Source: Nemertoderma westbladi (Eukaryota > Animalia > Xenacoelomorpha). From it: 64,000 nt of DNA. This document shows, piece by piece, positions 39,718 through 49,209 of the stretch (its first letter is position 1; each line of letters begins with the position of its first letter). Location of the stretch: positions 15,985 to 79,984 of the forward strand of contig JAUCBJ010006851.1 of the NCBI GenBank assembly GCA_032718475.1, in the 5' to 3' direction. Position numbers and translations under genes: made by a program. The notes under the pieces were generated by a model. It was not told the DNA's origin and did no database searches. It worked only from the letters and a program-made list of their open reading frames with translations.

Positions 39718-40380
39718 AATTAGAGGTGTAGTTACATAATCATTACTACTAGAGGGAATACAACAGAGTTTGTATTTAGTTGTGAGGAGACGTGAGAGTT
39801 TCGTCTGCCCTTTGGGCTCGACAACGCTCTAACCTCCTACCCATAGCCTAGGATCTAGGGTTTCTTTAATGACACGCTGCTTCTTATCTAAAATTTTTTG
39901 CCGAAATAAAAACGAATTTGGGCTAAACTGGCTGTGAGTCTAAAATACTCACTTTTTGATCCCAAACTATTATCAGAAAATAAGCAGTCAAGAATTAGTA
40001 ATAAATATAGGGGAGTCTATTTATTGACATAACTTATTGAAACAAAACCGTGTAAAATTTAATTAAAATTTTAAGAAAGGCTCGCAAGTCTTCCTCTCTT
40101 GTTTCTCTTAATTTTAAGTTCCACCCGACTGTACCCTGAAATCTATTCACTGGAGAAAATTTTTAAAAATTTTTCAAATCCAAATGGATTGTCTAAAATT
40201 TCGAAAATGTCTCAATATTGTGAGTTCCAAGTAGAATTCCATTTCTTATACCTACAAATCCCGCTCCTATGTGACACATAAGGGTACTACCCTCAATGTT
40301 CACATATAAAGACAATGGAATTCTACCGCTGTCCTTACTACGGTGTACAGGTACGTGGAAATCTATTTGTAAACTCCTAA

Positions 40381-43300
40381 TTATTTACTAGTATTAGGTG
40401 GAGATTTGTAGTCTCCAGACTCGTTACGAGTCTCTTCAAGAAGTACGAGACGTTGAGTCGGTCTGTCAACTGTACGACCGTCAATTGTCCGTACCGTCAC
40501 AGTTCTTGTCACTCCATCCATAGATGGATGTGTGTCTAAAATTACACCTGTTATCCAGAAGCGTCTTTTTAGATTCACTTCTGCTAACAGCACGTGATCT
40601 CCCGGCTTTAATGCGCGGGTGTTATTGTACCATGTTGTTCTGGCAGAAATAGAGGGCAAATAATGGTTTTGCCATATTTCCCAGAATTTGTTAGCCAGTA
40701 GTTGCGTGATTTTCCACGCTTTTCTACCGTAGCTATCGCTTTCTATTGGAATAGAAATAGGCGTCAATGTGGTCGGTGCCTGCATAAGCAGGTGTGCCGG
40801 TGTTAAAGCAAACTGAGATTGTTTGTCATCGGGTACTAATACTATTGGTCTAGTATTTAGTAGTATTGCCTCGATTTCAACAAACAGTGTTGTCAGTTGG
40901 TCGTCTGTCAATATGTGGTTTACTGGAATGACCTTTGCCATTGCCGTTTTGATAGATCTAATCAGTCTCTCCCAGACTCCGCCTCTCCATGGACTATCTG
41001 GAGGATTAAACTTCCAAACAATCTTGTGAGGTTGTAGTTCGTTTGAGATTTGATCATGATCTAATTTCTTAAAGGCTCTAGCAATCTCATTTCGAGCACC
41101 AACAAAGTTTGTCCCTTGGTCTGAGTACAAGCATTTCACTAGTCCACGTCTAGCGATAAATTGCCGCAATGCTAGTATAAACGCGTTGGTGGAAAGATCC
41201 ATCACACGTTCAATATGAACTGCCCTACTGGACATACATGTGAAAATCAGTCCCCAGCGTTTTACTAGTATACGTCCACGTTTCGTATGTATGGGACCAA
41301 AGCAATCAATTCCAGTCTCTGTAAAAGGTGGTCTGAATGCTTGAAGTCGTGCTTGTGGAAGTTCACTCATTTCTTGGGTACCTATTCTAGAATGTACCTT
41401 TTTACAAATAATACACGTACGTGTCACTGAACTTAACGCTTTACTGGGTCTAATTAATACAAATCTTGTACGTAAGTAGGAAAGACAGTGGTGTCTTCCA
41501 GCGTGTTTCAGATGTAAATGTGCGTCCAGTATCATTGCACGTTGTAGTTCGTGATGTTGCGGTATTATTATTGGGTATCTAAAGTTTGTGTTAAAGTCAA
41601 TGTTTTGAAGCCGAGATTTATGACAAATTAAGCCATTATAAATAATCGGACTCCAACTCAGTATTGGTGACGACTTGATTGGTTGACCTTGATTTATAGA
41701 TGTGAATTCGCGTGCGAAATATCGCAGTTGGTAATGGCAAATTAATTTAATCTCACACCTGTCAATCTCAGCCAATGTAAGTCGACGTGTAAAGTCGCGT
41801 TTGCCTTTAACGTATTGTACAAAACGTACAATCCACGCTAATTTTCGGCAAGCGTTTGTCCAAGAGTCTGTTAAGTTTACAATACGGTCGACGTAAGTAT
41901 TTGTGACGTCATCAGGTAAGTCAATGGAGATTTTGGAAGGTTTTGATTTACTAGAAGGGCCCACGGGTCCGCCGGTAGGTATTCCCTTGTTGACTGTTGA
42001 TCCGTCCGGGTCTACAAGTAATTTGTCCTTCTTCGTCTTCTTACCTTGATTGTCAGTACTTTGTAAGTCGATCGTTAATGGTGGTTTGAACTCTATGGGG
42101 TCACTGGGTTTCGGTAAACTTAATTTTCTGCCGACATTAATCCCAGGTTTCACCATAGGTTGCAAGTTTGGTATGTCTCTTGAGCGCAGAGTAACACCTG
42201 TATTTACATTAGCGTAGGTACTACCCACATCTGTAATACATGAGGTTTCACCGTGCTTGTGGTTGCTCAAGTGTGTCAAAATTGGTAGTTTGTCAATACA
42301 AGGCCGCTCCAATAGGGAAACTGCGGCTTCACTATTTGTCGGTATGTTACTAGTGTCTGGTAGAACATTGTGTGACATGTCTGGTAAAATGTTTCGCGGA
42401 ACATCCGGCGAAATATCTAGTGACGTGTCTGGCAAAACGTCTGGTTGACCGTCTAGTAACGTGTCTGGCGATACGTCTGGTAACGTATCTGGTTGTTTGT
42501 CAATAGAAGGCCGCTCCAATAGGGAAACTGCGGCTTTACTATTTGTCAATATGTTACTAGCGTCTGGTAGAACATTTTGTGACATGTCTGGTAAAATGTC
42601 TGGTTGGCTGTCTAGTAACGTGTCTGGTTGACCGTCTGGCGATATGTCTGGTGTAGAAAGGCTCGCAAGTCTTCCTCTCTTGACCTTTGAAGTTATATCC
42701 TTCCATTTCGCCTTCGGTTTCTTCTTGAGTTTAGCCGCCAACGTCTTTTTCTTTGCCTTCCCCTTTTTTGGTTTCTTGATTTCGGCGTCCTTAGGGATGG
42801 TGTTAGACTTGTTGTCGTATAACGGTGGCCAATCTTGTGTCGATTTCTGCAAGAATTGGGGTCCGTGTTGCCAAAATTCTTTGTTTTCCGGTTTACAGAA
42901 TTCCTCAGGCATCATTCCTCGCGATGCAATATCGGCTGGGTTTTGTGGTCCGGGACAATGTCGCCAATCTTCTTTTATTGAACGGTCTAGAATTTCTGCG
43001 CGACGGTTAGCTACGAATGTCTTGAATTCAAGTGTGTCGTTGTTTATGTAAAATAAAACCAACGTCGCGTCAGTCCAATAAAATATCTGTAAACTTGACT
43101 GTAGTTCTGTCTGTATAAGGTTCACGATGGTGGTTGACAGTGTTGCGGCTTGTAGCTCAGCTCGTGGTGTCGTCATATACTTAGTAGGCATTGTTTTTGC
43201 CTTAGAAGTAATGAGCGAAACATCGAATTCTTCTGAGTCTACTTGTCTGCGCAAGTACGCTGCCACACCAAAACCGTTGTCACTGGCGTCAGAAAAACAA

Positions 43301-46300
43301 TGTAATTCCAAGTTGTCAGGAAACGTTGTTTGTAATGGAAAGTAGACTCTGGGTATGGAATAATCCTCTAGCGAAGATAATTCTGCCTCCCAGGTCTTCC
43401 ATAAGTCCACTTGGTCTGATGAGATCGGCTCGTCCCATGTCAGTCCATCCTTCCAAATACTGCGCATATAAATGCGGGCTTGCAGTATTATTGGACTGAT
43501 GAATCCTAATGGATCGAACAATCGGCTCAATTTTGACAAGCATGATCTCTTTGTCAGTGTGTTTTCTTGACTGTCCAGTCTCACCTTTACTCGAAAGTTG
43601 TCCGTGTTTGGGTCCCAAAAGAGTCCCAACACCTTGGTCGTCGGTAGTGGTTCGAACTCTAGGTCTATGTCACCATCTCCACGCTCAGTCGTTCCGAATG
43701 AGTCTACTAATTCGGCACTGTTTGAGGCGAATTTGGTGAGGTTAAAACCTCCGCCCGCTAAGCAGTCCCGTAATTGATGTGCTACTGTTGTAGCACGTTC
43801 TACTGTGTCGCAACTCTGTAATCCGTCGTCGACGTAAAAGTCACGTTCCACAATCCTAATTATCTCTGGGTCATACATGTGTTTCTGATCCCTAGCGGCT
43901 TGTTTTAGGGCGTACATCGTACAGTTTGGGCTGTCCCTGGCACCGAAAACGCGAACTTGCATTTGGTAAGTCGCCGGTGGTAGACTTAAGTCTCCTTCCG
44001 GATACCAGAGGAACCTCAAACTGTCTCTGTCTTGCTCTAACGCTCTCACTTGGTGAAACATAGCTTCAACGTCACAAGTAAAGGCTACTTGACGCTGACG
44101 GAAGCGCATAATCACCCCCATAAGATAATTATTCATGTTTGGTCCATCCATCAACTCGCTATTGAGGGACATTCCCTCAAACAGAGCCGCACAGTCATTG
44201 ACTACACGTACTTTGTCTGGTTTGTCGAGGTGTCTCACATAGTGATGTGGCAGGTAGTATGTCTGGTTAGTCACTATCTCTGGGTTAGTCATTCGGATAG
44301 CGTATCCCTTAGTCAAATACGTCTCCATCTGAGTGTTGTACTGCAGATGGGCTTTCTCGTCCTTTAATAGACGTTGCCGTATTGAGTGTAGACGTCTTAA
44401 AGCTAGTGGGTAGTTATTTATAAGTTTAGGACTTTGGCTACGCCATAACATCCCCACCTCATAATGTCCGTCCTTCGTCTGGCGGATAGTATCTTCCATG
44501 ATCTTCAAAGATTGTTTCTCCTGTTCCGACATACATGGTTCGTAGCTACCAGGTTCAGCTGTATCTTGTTCTAACCACCTGATAGTCTTCTCCGTTAATT
44601 CTTTGTCCAATGCAGCTTGTTCCACTTGATGATTTCTCAACGCTTCATCATCGATATCGACGGGCATTGTTGAGGTTATTGGGGTAGGTAGACTCGCAAG
44701 CCTTCCGGCGTTATCATCTGTCGTCGATGGAATCTCTAGCTGACTCGTCTTCTCCCCAAGTTCTAAACTCACCTGGTGGATTAGCTGCTCCTTGTGACTT
44801 ATCATACTAGTTACACGTCTGTCATGTTTTGTATGTAAGGTAGTATGGTCCACGTCGTGTGAAAAGGAATGAATTGAATTTGTAGTTAATAAACTACATG
44901 TACTTTGTACATCGTCTTCCTCGTCACTTATGTCCAGTGTGCGCACAGGCGCTCGAGTATACCACCCTATCGGCGTTCTACAGGCGTATGCGTTTCCCGC
45001 TACGATTGCCGATGGTCTGGTTTTCCACACTTGATGTAGGTTGAATTGGTCTGTCCCGATCAGCATTGCTACCGATCTATAATTGACAGGACATTCAGGT
45101 ACACCAAGGTGTCTGAAATACTTACGGTCCTCCAAGGATTGTTCTGGGACAGGACCTAGTAGGTTACTAAAGTCTTTTGTGGCCGCAAAAGTCAAATCCT
45201 TGAAGGGTAACAAAGACCTCTCCTTTTCGCTGTGTTGCGATTTTGGAAGAAGAGTGTCTAAGTTTAACTTAACTCGTGTCACTGGTATTGCACGTTGTCC
45301 GTGCATACTACTCACGGTGTAACTGACGCGCTTACCTTGTCTGAGATCCGTCACTACATCAGCTATCTGCTCATCCACGTAGCTGTGAGATGAGGCTGAA
45401 TCCAGGATAGCGTAGATTCTCTTGCTCCCCTTTGTGCCAGTAATCTTCATCGGAATTACACTGAATCCCTTTAGTTGGTCAGTCGTCAGAAGCGCGATCG
45501 ATGGTTGTTCGTCTCCATCAGAATATACGTCGTCGTCTTCTGACTCTTCGTCCGACGATCCGGATTGTTCTGAGAAGCAATCCTTAATATGTGTCACAAA
45601 GGTCGGAGTCGTTTTCGATTCTCGATTTTTGTAGGCCGCATTACATCTCGCTGCTGCTTCCGGTTGTTCCCTGGCGAAGCGTTTTGTCGGTGTGTGGCTG
45701 TCTGTGTGGAGCAGACCGTCGTGGTTGCGTCCACAGGATGGACAAGTGTCGGTATTTGGGCAATCCTTGCGAACGTGTCCGTGTCGCGTACACCGCCAAC
45801 AAGAGTCCAATGGCCGTATCTGCAGCCGTCGTTCTTCCGAGTTTAACTCGCGAAACTGTCGACAACCTCTCAACTTGTGACCGATAAACCGCTTACCTAG
45901 ATGCTCGCAGTATTGGCAGCCGCTGAAGTCGGTACTGAGTTGCTGTCTCGTCTGTTTTGTCCCAATGGGCGCAGATACCCTACTACCGTCCGAGAATTGT
46001 CGTGATTCCGTCGGTGTGGCGTAAGTGGCCGTCTTGGTGGATGTTGTCTGGGGTTTTTGTCGGTTTGAGGATGGCAAGGTGATTCCTTCTGCCACGATGT
46101 GCTGGTCAGTGTAGTTGGATCGAGTTTCTACCACTGCCTCCCTGGATATCAAAAGGTACACATCCTCCAGTTTTAAGAATCCACCCCGCTCTTCCCGCTG
46201 GTATTCGATCTTTCTCCACTCCCGACGAAGTCGATGGTGGAGTCGTCCTATGATCTTTAATAGGACTGTAGGGGTATTCCCGTAGTCAAGTTGTCCAATG

Positions 46301-49209
46301 GATCTCAAAGTAGTGATAGCGTTCTTTATCTCGTCAGCCAGTTTTAATAAGTCGACGGGTTTAGTGATAGCCCCTCCCTTACAGAGTTCCTCTATCACTG
46401 ACCTGGCCATGCTGACTGTACCTCCGTATATCGAAGTTAAACGATCGTACGCTAGTTCGAAAGCGTCCGGTACACCAACGAAGGTCTCCGCCAAACGTTT
46501 AGGTTCTCCTGACAACGTTTGAAGCAGGTAATTAAACTTCTCCCGTGATGTAAAGGCGCACACGGCGATCTGAGATTCGATATAGTCTACGAAAGTGTGC
46601 CAGTGTTTTGAGCTACTGGAAAACTTCGGTGGTTGTTGTACCGGCAATCCTTGTCTGGCTGCGAATTTCGCTATCTCCTCGGCCACGTTCAAAGTTTCGC
46701 GTCCTTGGTTGGCAATCGAGTTGATGTTCTCTCGTCTTGGCGCTTTTCCTTGATACGAGGTGTTTCTCGAAGGTATTGGTCTTTGCGGATCCTTCGGGTG
46801 GCTATTGTGTTCAAATTCGGTGTTCCTCGAACTATCGGTTTCAACTTCCTCCAAGCGTTCCTCAATCTGGGCCAACTTATTGACAACTGGTCGCAGAATG
46901 TCGGCGAATTGTTGTGTACTGATCGCGTCTGTTGGTTGTAACGCCTTTTGTGTTGGTGTATTCTGTGGAGGATTGTCGATAAATGAATTATCCGAACGCT
47001 CACGTTTACATTTGTCGGCCGCTCCTGTTCTAAATACCTCGCATTCCGGGTAATCCGACTCGCTCGAAGTACTACTGTCACCTGGATACGGTGGTCGACG
47101 TGCTCGAGTCCGTTGCGCCGTTCGAATCCTAACATTCCGTTTTGGAACATCGTCTACTGGTTTCCGTTGTTCGGTAGGCTCGCAGGTCTTCCTCGAAGTC
47201 GTAGATTGCGATGTAAACTGATTAAACGGTCGCGTATCCACTGGTCTCCGTTGCTCGGTAGGCTCGCAGGTCTTCCTCGAAGTCGTAGATTGCGATGTAA
47301 ACTGATTAAACGGTCGCGTATCCACTGGTCTCCGTTGCTCGGTAGGCTCACAAGTCTTCCTCGAAGTCGTAGATTGCGATGTAAACTGATTAAACGGTCG
47401 CGTATCCACTGGTCTCCGTTGCTCGGTAGGCTCACAAGTCTTCCTCGAAGTCGTAGATTGCGATGTAAACTGAACCGGTGGTCGAGTGACAGCGTTTGAA
47501 TCTAAAGGCCTTGTAGGCCTAAACGTCATTGGGTAAGCGTAGTGTGTAACGGGTTTAGGTGTCGACGGTGGACTCACCTGTTTAGTCGTCAGTAATACAG
47601 GTTCGACTAATAAACTACTACGATCTGTAATCAGCGGGTTACTTACCTTGACTTTCGGAATAGGCGATGACGTTGCTCTTGGCGGTGTAAACTTGTCCGG
47701 AATAACAAACCTGTGTTCCGTCGCACCATGGATAGGAGAAATATTACTACTACCAGCAATCGAAACAGGTTCCTTTGTCGTAACCGGTGCAAACATAGGA
47801 GTTACTTTAGGAAATCTTTGACATAAGTCTTTAACTAATTGTCGTTCTCGTCCAGGTGCTCCTATCGAACCTTCCTTCATTCGTTCCTGAATTTGGCGGT
47901 GCCTTACCTCTATCTGGTCTAAATCATGTCCGTCTCGAGATCTCATCGATCGATCGCGGGCTTGTAGATCCAGATCTTCCTTGGCGTTGGCTAATTCTCT
48001 CGCCTTCTTCTCGAGTTCGAAACGAAGTTTAACTTCTTTCTCGCGTTGTTCCGTTTGTTGTTGTTGCGCCTCGAACTCTGCTTGTCGTATAGCTGACTGA
48101 GCCTTTATTTGCCGTGTTTTCATTTCGGTTCTCGCTTCTGAAGCTAGCCTTTGTCGCTCTAACTCGGCCGCAGCTGTTCGTTGCGCTAACTCGGCCGCTG
48201 CCGCTTGTTGTGCAATGTCCAACTCTAACCTTTCCACTTCGGCTGCTTCCAACTCAGCTTGTTCTTGCAGATGAGAAATTCTCGCAACATTTGCGACGCG
48301 TAGTTTCTCTTCCTCTACAGCTGCTTGTAACGTCAATAACTGAGTTTGTTCCTCGATTTCTCGTTGTTGTCTGTAGAGCTGCTGTTGTCGAGCAATTTCT
48401 GACGTAGCCATACTCACCTCGCCAATTTCGCTGCGAATACTCACCAGTGATTGATTTAGTGTTCCCGGTGCCAGTTCGATTTGTGCGAGCGAAGTTTCCC
48501 TCGTAGCCTCCGGCACGGTTTCCCAATCTCCGACGTCCTCGCCGCACATGCGTAAGTGATCTGTCAGGTGTTTCAATTGTCCATCTAGCCTATACAGTTC
48601 CTGTTCTTCCTCGGGTTGTAATAATTCGTCCGAAACTGACTCACCTAACAACTGGTCCGCTTGTTCCTGTTGTATCTGCCTAATCGTCGACTTAAACTGA
48701 ATCAGTTTCTCTCTAGCGATCATTAGTTTCTCGAGGATTCTAAGCTGAGTGTCCATATCCTGTCTCTGTCTAGCTAGATCTTGTAGACCAATTAGGTTAT
48801 CTACGGACTTATATACTTTACTCTGTACTCTCACCTGTAGAGTGTAGAACTTGAACCGAGACATCGGAGCGGTTAACTCGTCTAATATGCGTTGGCCTTC
48901 TCCAATACTCCTGGTAATATGCGCCATGTAACCGCCGACGCTTCTAACCACACTCTCCTGGCTTCCTACTGAACTTACCATGTGCGTTTCCCTATATCTA
49001 GGTTGCGGAACAGTTAGAAAGTCCTCGGTCCTGCCGTCGCCTCGTACTACGGCATCCGGTACTCCCGTTGGATGTACTGGTGACGCACACGGTGTAGGTT
49101 CGGTAGGCTCGCGAGTCTTCCCCTGTTGTTCTTCCGCTGCTGACTTATCCGCGTCACATGAGTCATAGTCGGTAGGTGTATTCTTCGTATAGTCTTGTTT
49201 GTCACTCAT
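40381..49209 (-). CDS. BEL-C Gag-Pol polyprotein (2942 aa)
   Basis: Gag knuckles (CQYCEH, CWRCTRHGH, CPSCGRNH), ILDSAS protease, FYVDD RT, LHCFSDAS RNase H, HHCC and GIDCFGP/YSDQG/VWERL integrase. Confidence 0.97.
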   Translation of the reverse strand: MSDKQDYTKNTPTDYDSCDADKSAAEEQQGKTREPTEPTPCASPVHPTGVPDAVVRGDGRTEDFLTVPQPRYRETHMVSSVGSQESVVRSVGGYMAHITRSIGEGQRILDELTAPMSRFKFYTLQVRVQSKVYKSVDNLIGLQDLARQRQDMDTQLRILEKLMIAREKLIQFKSTIRQIQQEQADQLLGESVSDELLQPEEEQELYRLDGQLKHLTDHLRMCGEDVGDWETVPEATRETSLAQIELAPGTLNQSLVSIRSEIGEVSMATSEIARQQQLYRQQREIEEQTQLLTLQAAVEEEKLRVANVARISHLQEQAELEAAEVERLELDIAQQAAAAELAQRTAAAELERQRLASEARTEMKTRQIKAQSAIRQAEFEAQQQQTEQREKEVKLRFELEKKARELANAKEDLDLQARDRSMRSRDGHDLDQIEVRHRQIQERMKEGSIGAPGRERQLVKDLCQRFPKVTPMFAPVTTKEPVSIAGSSNISPIHGATEHRFVIPDKFTPPRATSSPIPKVKVSNPLITDRSSLLVEPVLLTTKQVSPPSTPKPVTHYAYPMTFRPTRPLDSNAVTRPPVQFTSQSTTSRKTCEPTEQRRPVDTRPFNQFTSQSTTSRKTCEPTEQRRPVDTRPFNQFTSQSTTSRKTCEPTEQRRPVDTRPFNQFTSQSTTSRKTCEPTEQRKPVDDVPKRNVRIRTAQRTRARRPPYPGDSSTSSESDYPECEVFRTGAADKCKRERSDNSFIDNPPQNTPTQKALQPTDAISTQQFADILRPVVNKLAQIEERLEEVETDSSRNTEFEHNSHPKDPQRPIPSRNTSYQGKAPRRENINSIANQGRETLNVAEEIAKFAARQGLPVQQPPKFSSSSKHWHTFVDYIESQIAVCAFTSREKFNYLLQTLSGEPKRLAETFVGVPDAFELAYDRLTSIYGGTVSMARSVIEELCKGGAITKPVDLLKLADEIKNAITTLRSIGQLDYGNTPTVLLKIIGRLHHRLRREWRKIEYQREERGGFLKLEDVYLLISREAVVETRSNYTDQHIVAEGITLPSSNRQKPQTTSTKTATYATPTESRQFSDGSRVSAPIGTKQTRQQLSTDFSGCQYCEHLGKRFIGHKLRGCRQFRELNSEERRLQIRPLDSCWRCTRHGHVRKDCPNTDTCPSCGRNHDGLLHTDSHTPTKRFAREQPEAAARCNAAYKNRESKTTPTFVTHIKDCFSEQSGSSDEESEDDDVYSDGDEQPSIALLTTDQLKGFSVIPMKITGTKGSKRIYAILDSASSHSYVDEQIADVVTDLRQGKRVSYTVSSMHGQRAIPVTRVKLNLDTLLPKSQHSEKERSLLPFKDLTFAATKDFSNLLGPVPEQSLEDRKYFRHLGVPECPVNYRSVAMLIGTDQFNLHQVWKTRPSAIVAGNAYACRTPIGWYTRAPVRTLDISDEEDDVQSTCSLLTTNSIHSFSHDVDHTTLHTKHDRRVTSMISHKEQLIHQVSLELGEKTSQLEIPSTTDDNAGRLASLPTPITSTMPVDIDDEALRNHQVEQAALDKELTEKTIRWLEQDTAEPGSYEPCMSEQEKQSLKIMEDTIRQTKDGHYEVGMLWRSQSPKLINNYPLALRRLHSIRQRLLKDEKAHLQYNTQMETYLTKGYAIRMTNPEIVTNQTYYLPHHYVRHLDKPDKVRVVNDCAALFEGMSLNSELMDGPNMNNYLMGVIMRFRQRQVAFTCDVEAMFHQVRALEQDRDSLRFLWYPEGDLSLPPATYQMQVRVFGARDSPNCTMYALKQAARDQKHMYDPEIIRIVERDFYVDDGLQSCDTVERATTVAHQLRDCLAGGGFNLTKFASNSAELVDSFGTTERGDGDIDLEFEPLPTTKVLGLFWDPNTDNFRVKVRLDSQENTLTKRSCLSKLSRLFDPLGFISPIILQARIYMRSIWKDGLTWDEPISSDQVDLWKTWEAELSSLEDYSIPRVYFPLQTTFPDNLELHCFSDASDNGFGVAAYLRRQVDSEEFDVSLITSKAKTMPTKYMTTPRAELQAATLSTTIVNLIQTELQSSLQIFYWTDATLVLFYINNDTLEFKTFVANRRAEILDRSIKEDWRHCPGPQNPADIASRGMMPEEFCKPENKEFWQHGPQFLQKSTQDWPPLYDNKSNTIPKDAEIKKPKKGKAKKKTLAAKLKKKPKAKWKDITSKVKRGRLASLSTPDISPDGQPDTLLDSQPDILPDMSQNVLPDASNILTNSKAAVSLLERPSIDKQPDTLPDVSPDTLLDGQPDVLPDTSLDISPDVPRNILPDMSHNVLPDTSNIPTNSEAAVSLLERPCIDKLPILTHLSNHKHGETSCITDVGSTYANVNTGVTLRSRDIPNLQPMVKPGINVGRKLSLPKPSDPIEFKPPLTIDLQSTDNQGKKTKKDKLLVDPDGSTVNKGIPTGGPVGPSSKSKPSKISIDLPDDVTNTYVDRIVNLTDSWTNACRKLAWIVRFVQYVKGKRDFTRRLTLAEIDRCEIKLICHYQLRYFAREFTSINQGQPIKSSPILSWSPIIYNGLICHKSRLQNIDFNTNFRYPIIIPQHHELQRAMILDAHLHLKHAGRHHCLSYLRTRFVLIRPSKALSSVTRTCIICKKVHSRIGTQEMSELPQARLQAFRPPFTETGIDCFGPIHTKRGRILVKRWGLIFTCMSSRAVHIERVMDLSTNAFILALRQFIARRGLVKCLYSDQGTNFVGARNEIARAFKKLDHDQISNELQPHKIVWKFNPPDSPWRGGVWERLIRSIKTAMAKVIPVNHILTDDQLTTLFVEIEAILLNTRPIVLVPDDKQSQFALTPAHLLMQAPTTLTPISIPIESDSYGRKAWKITQLLANKFWEIWQNHYLPSISARTTWYNNTRALKPGDHVLLAEVNLKRRFWITGVILDTHPSMDGVTRTVTVRTIDGRTVDRPTQRLVLLEETRNESGDYKSPPNTSK
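47150..47475. repeat. 84-bp in-frame tandem repeat (x~4) in BEL-C gag
   Basis: QFTSQSTTSRKTCEPTEQRRPVDTRPFN repeated. Confidence 0.92.
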
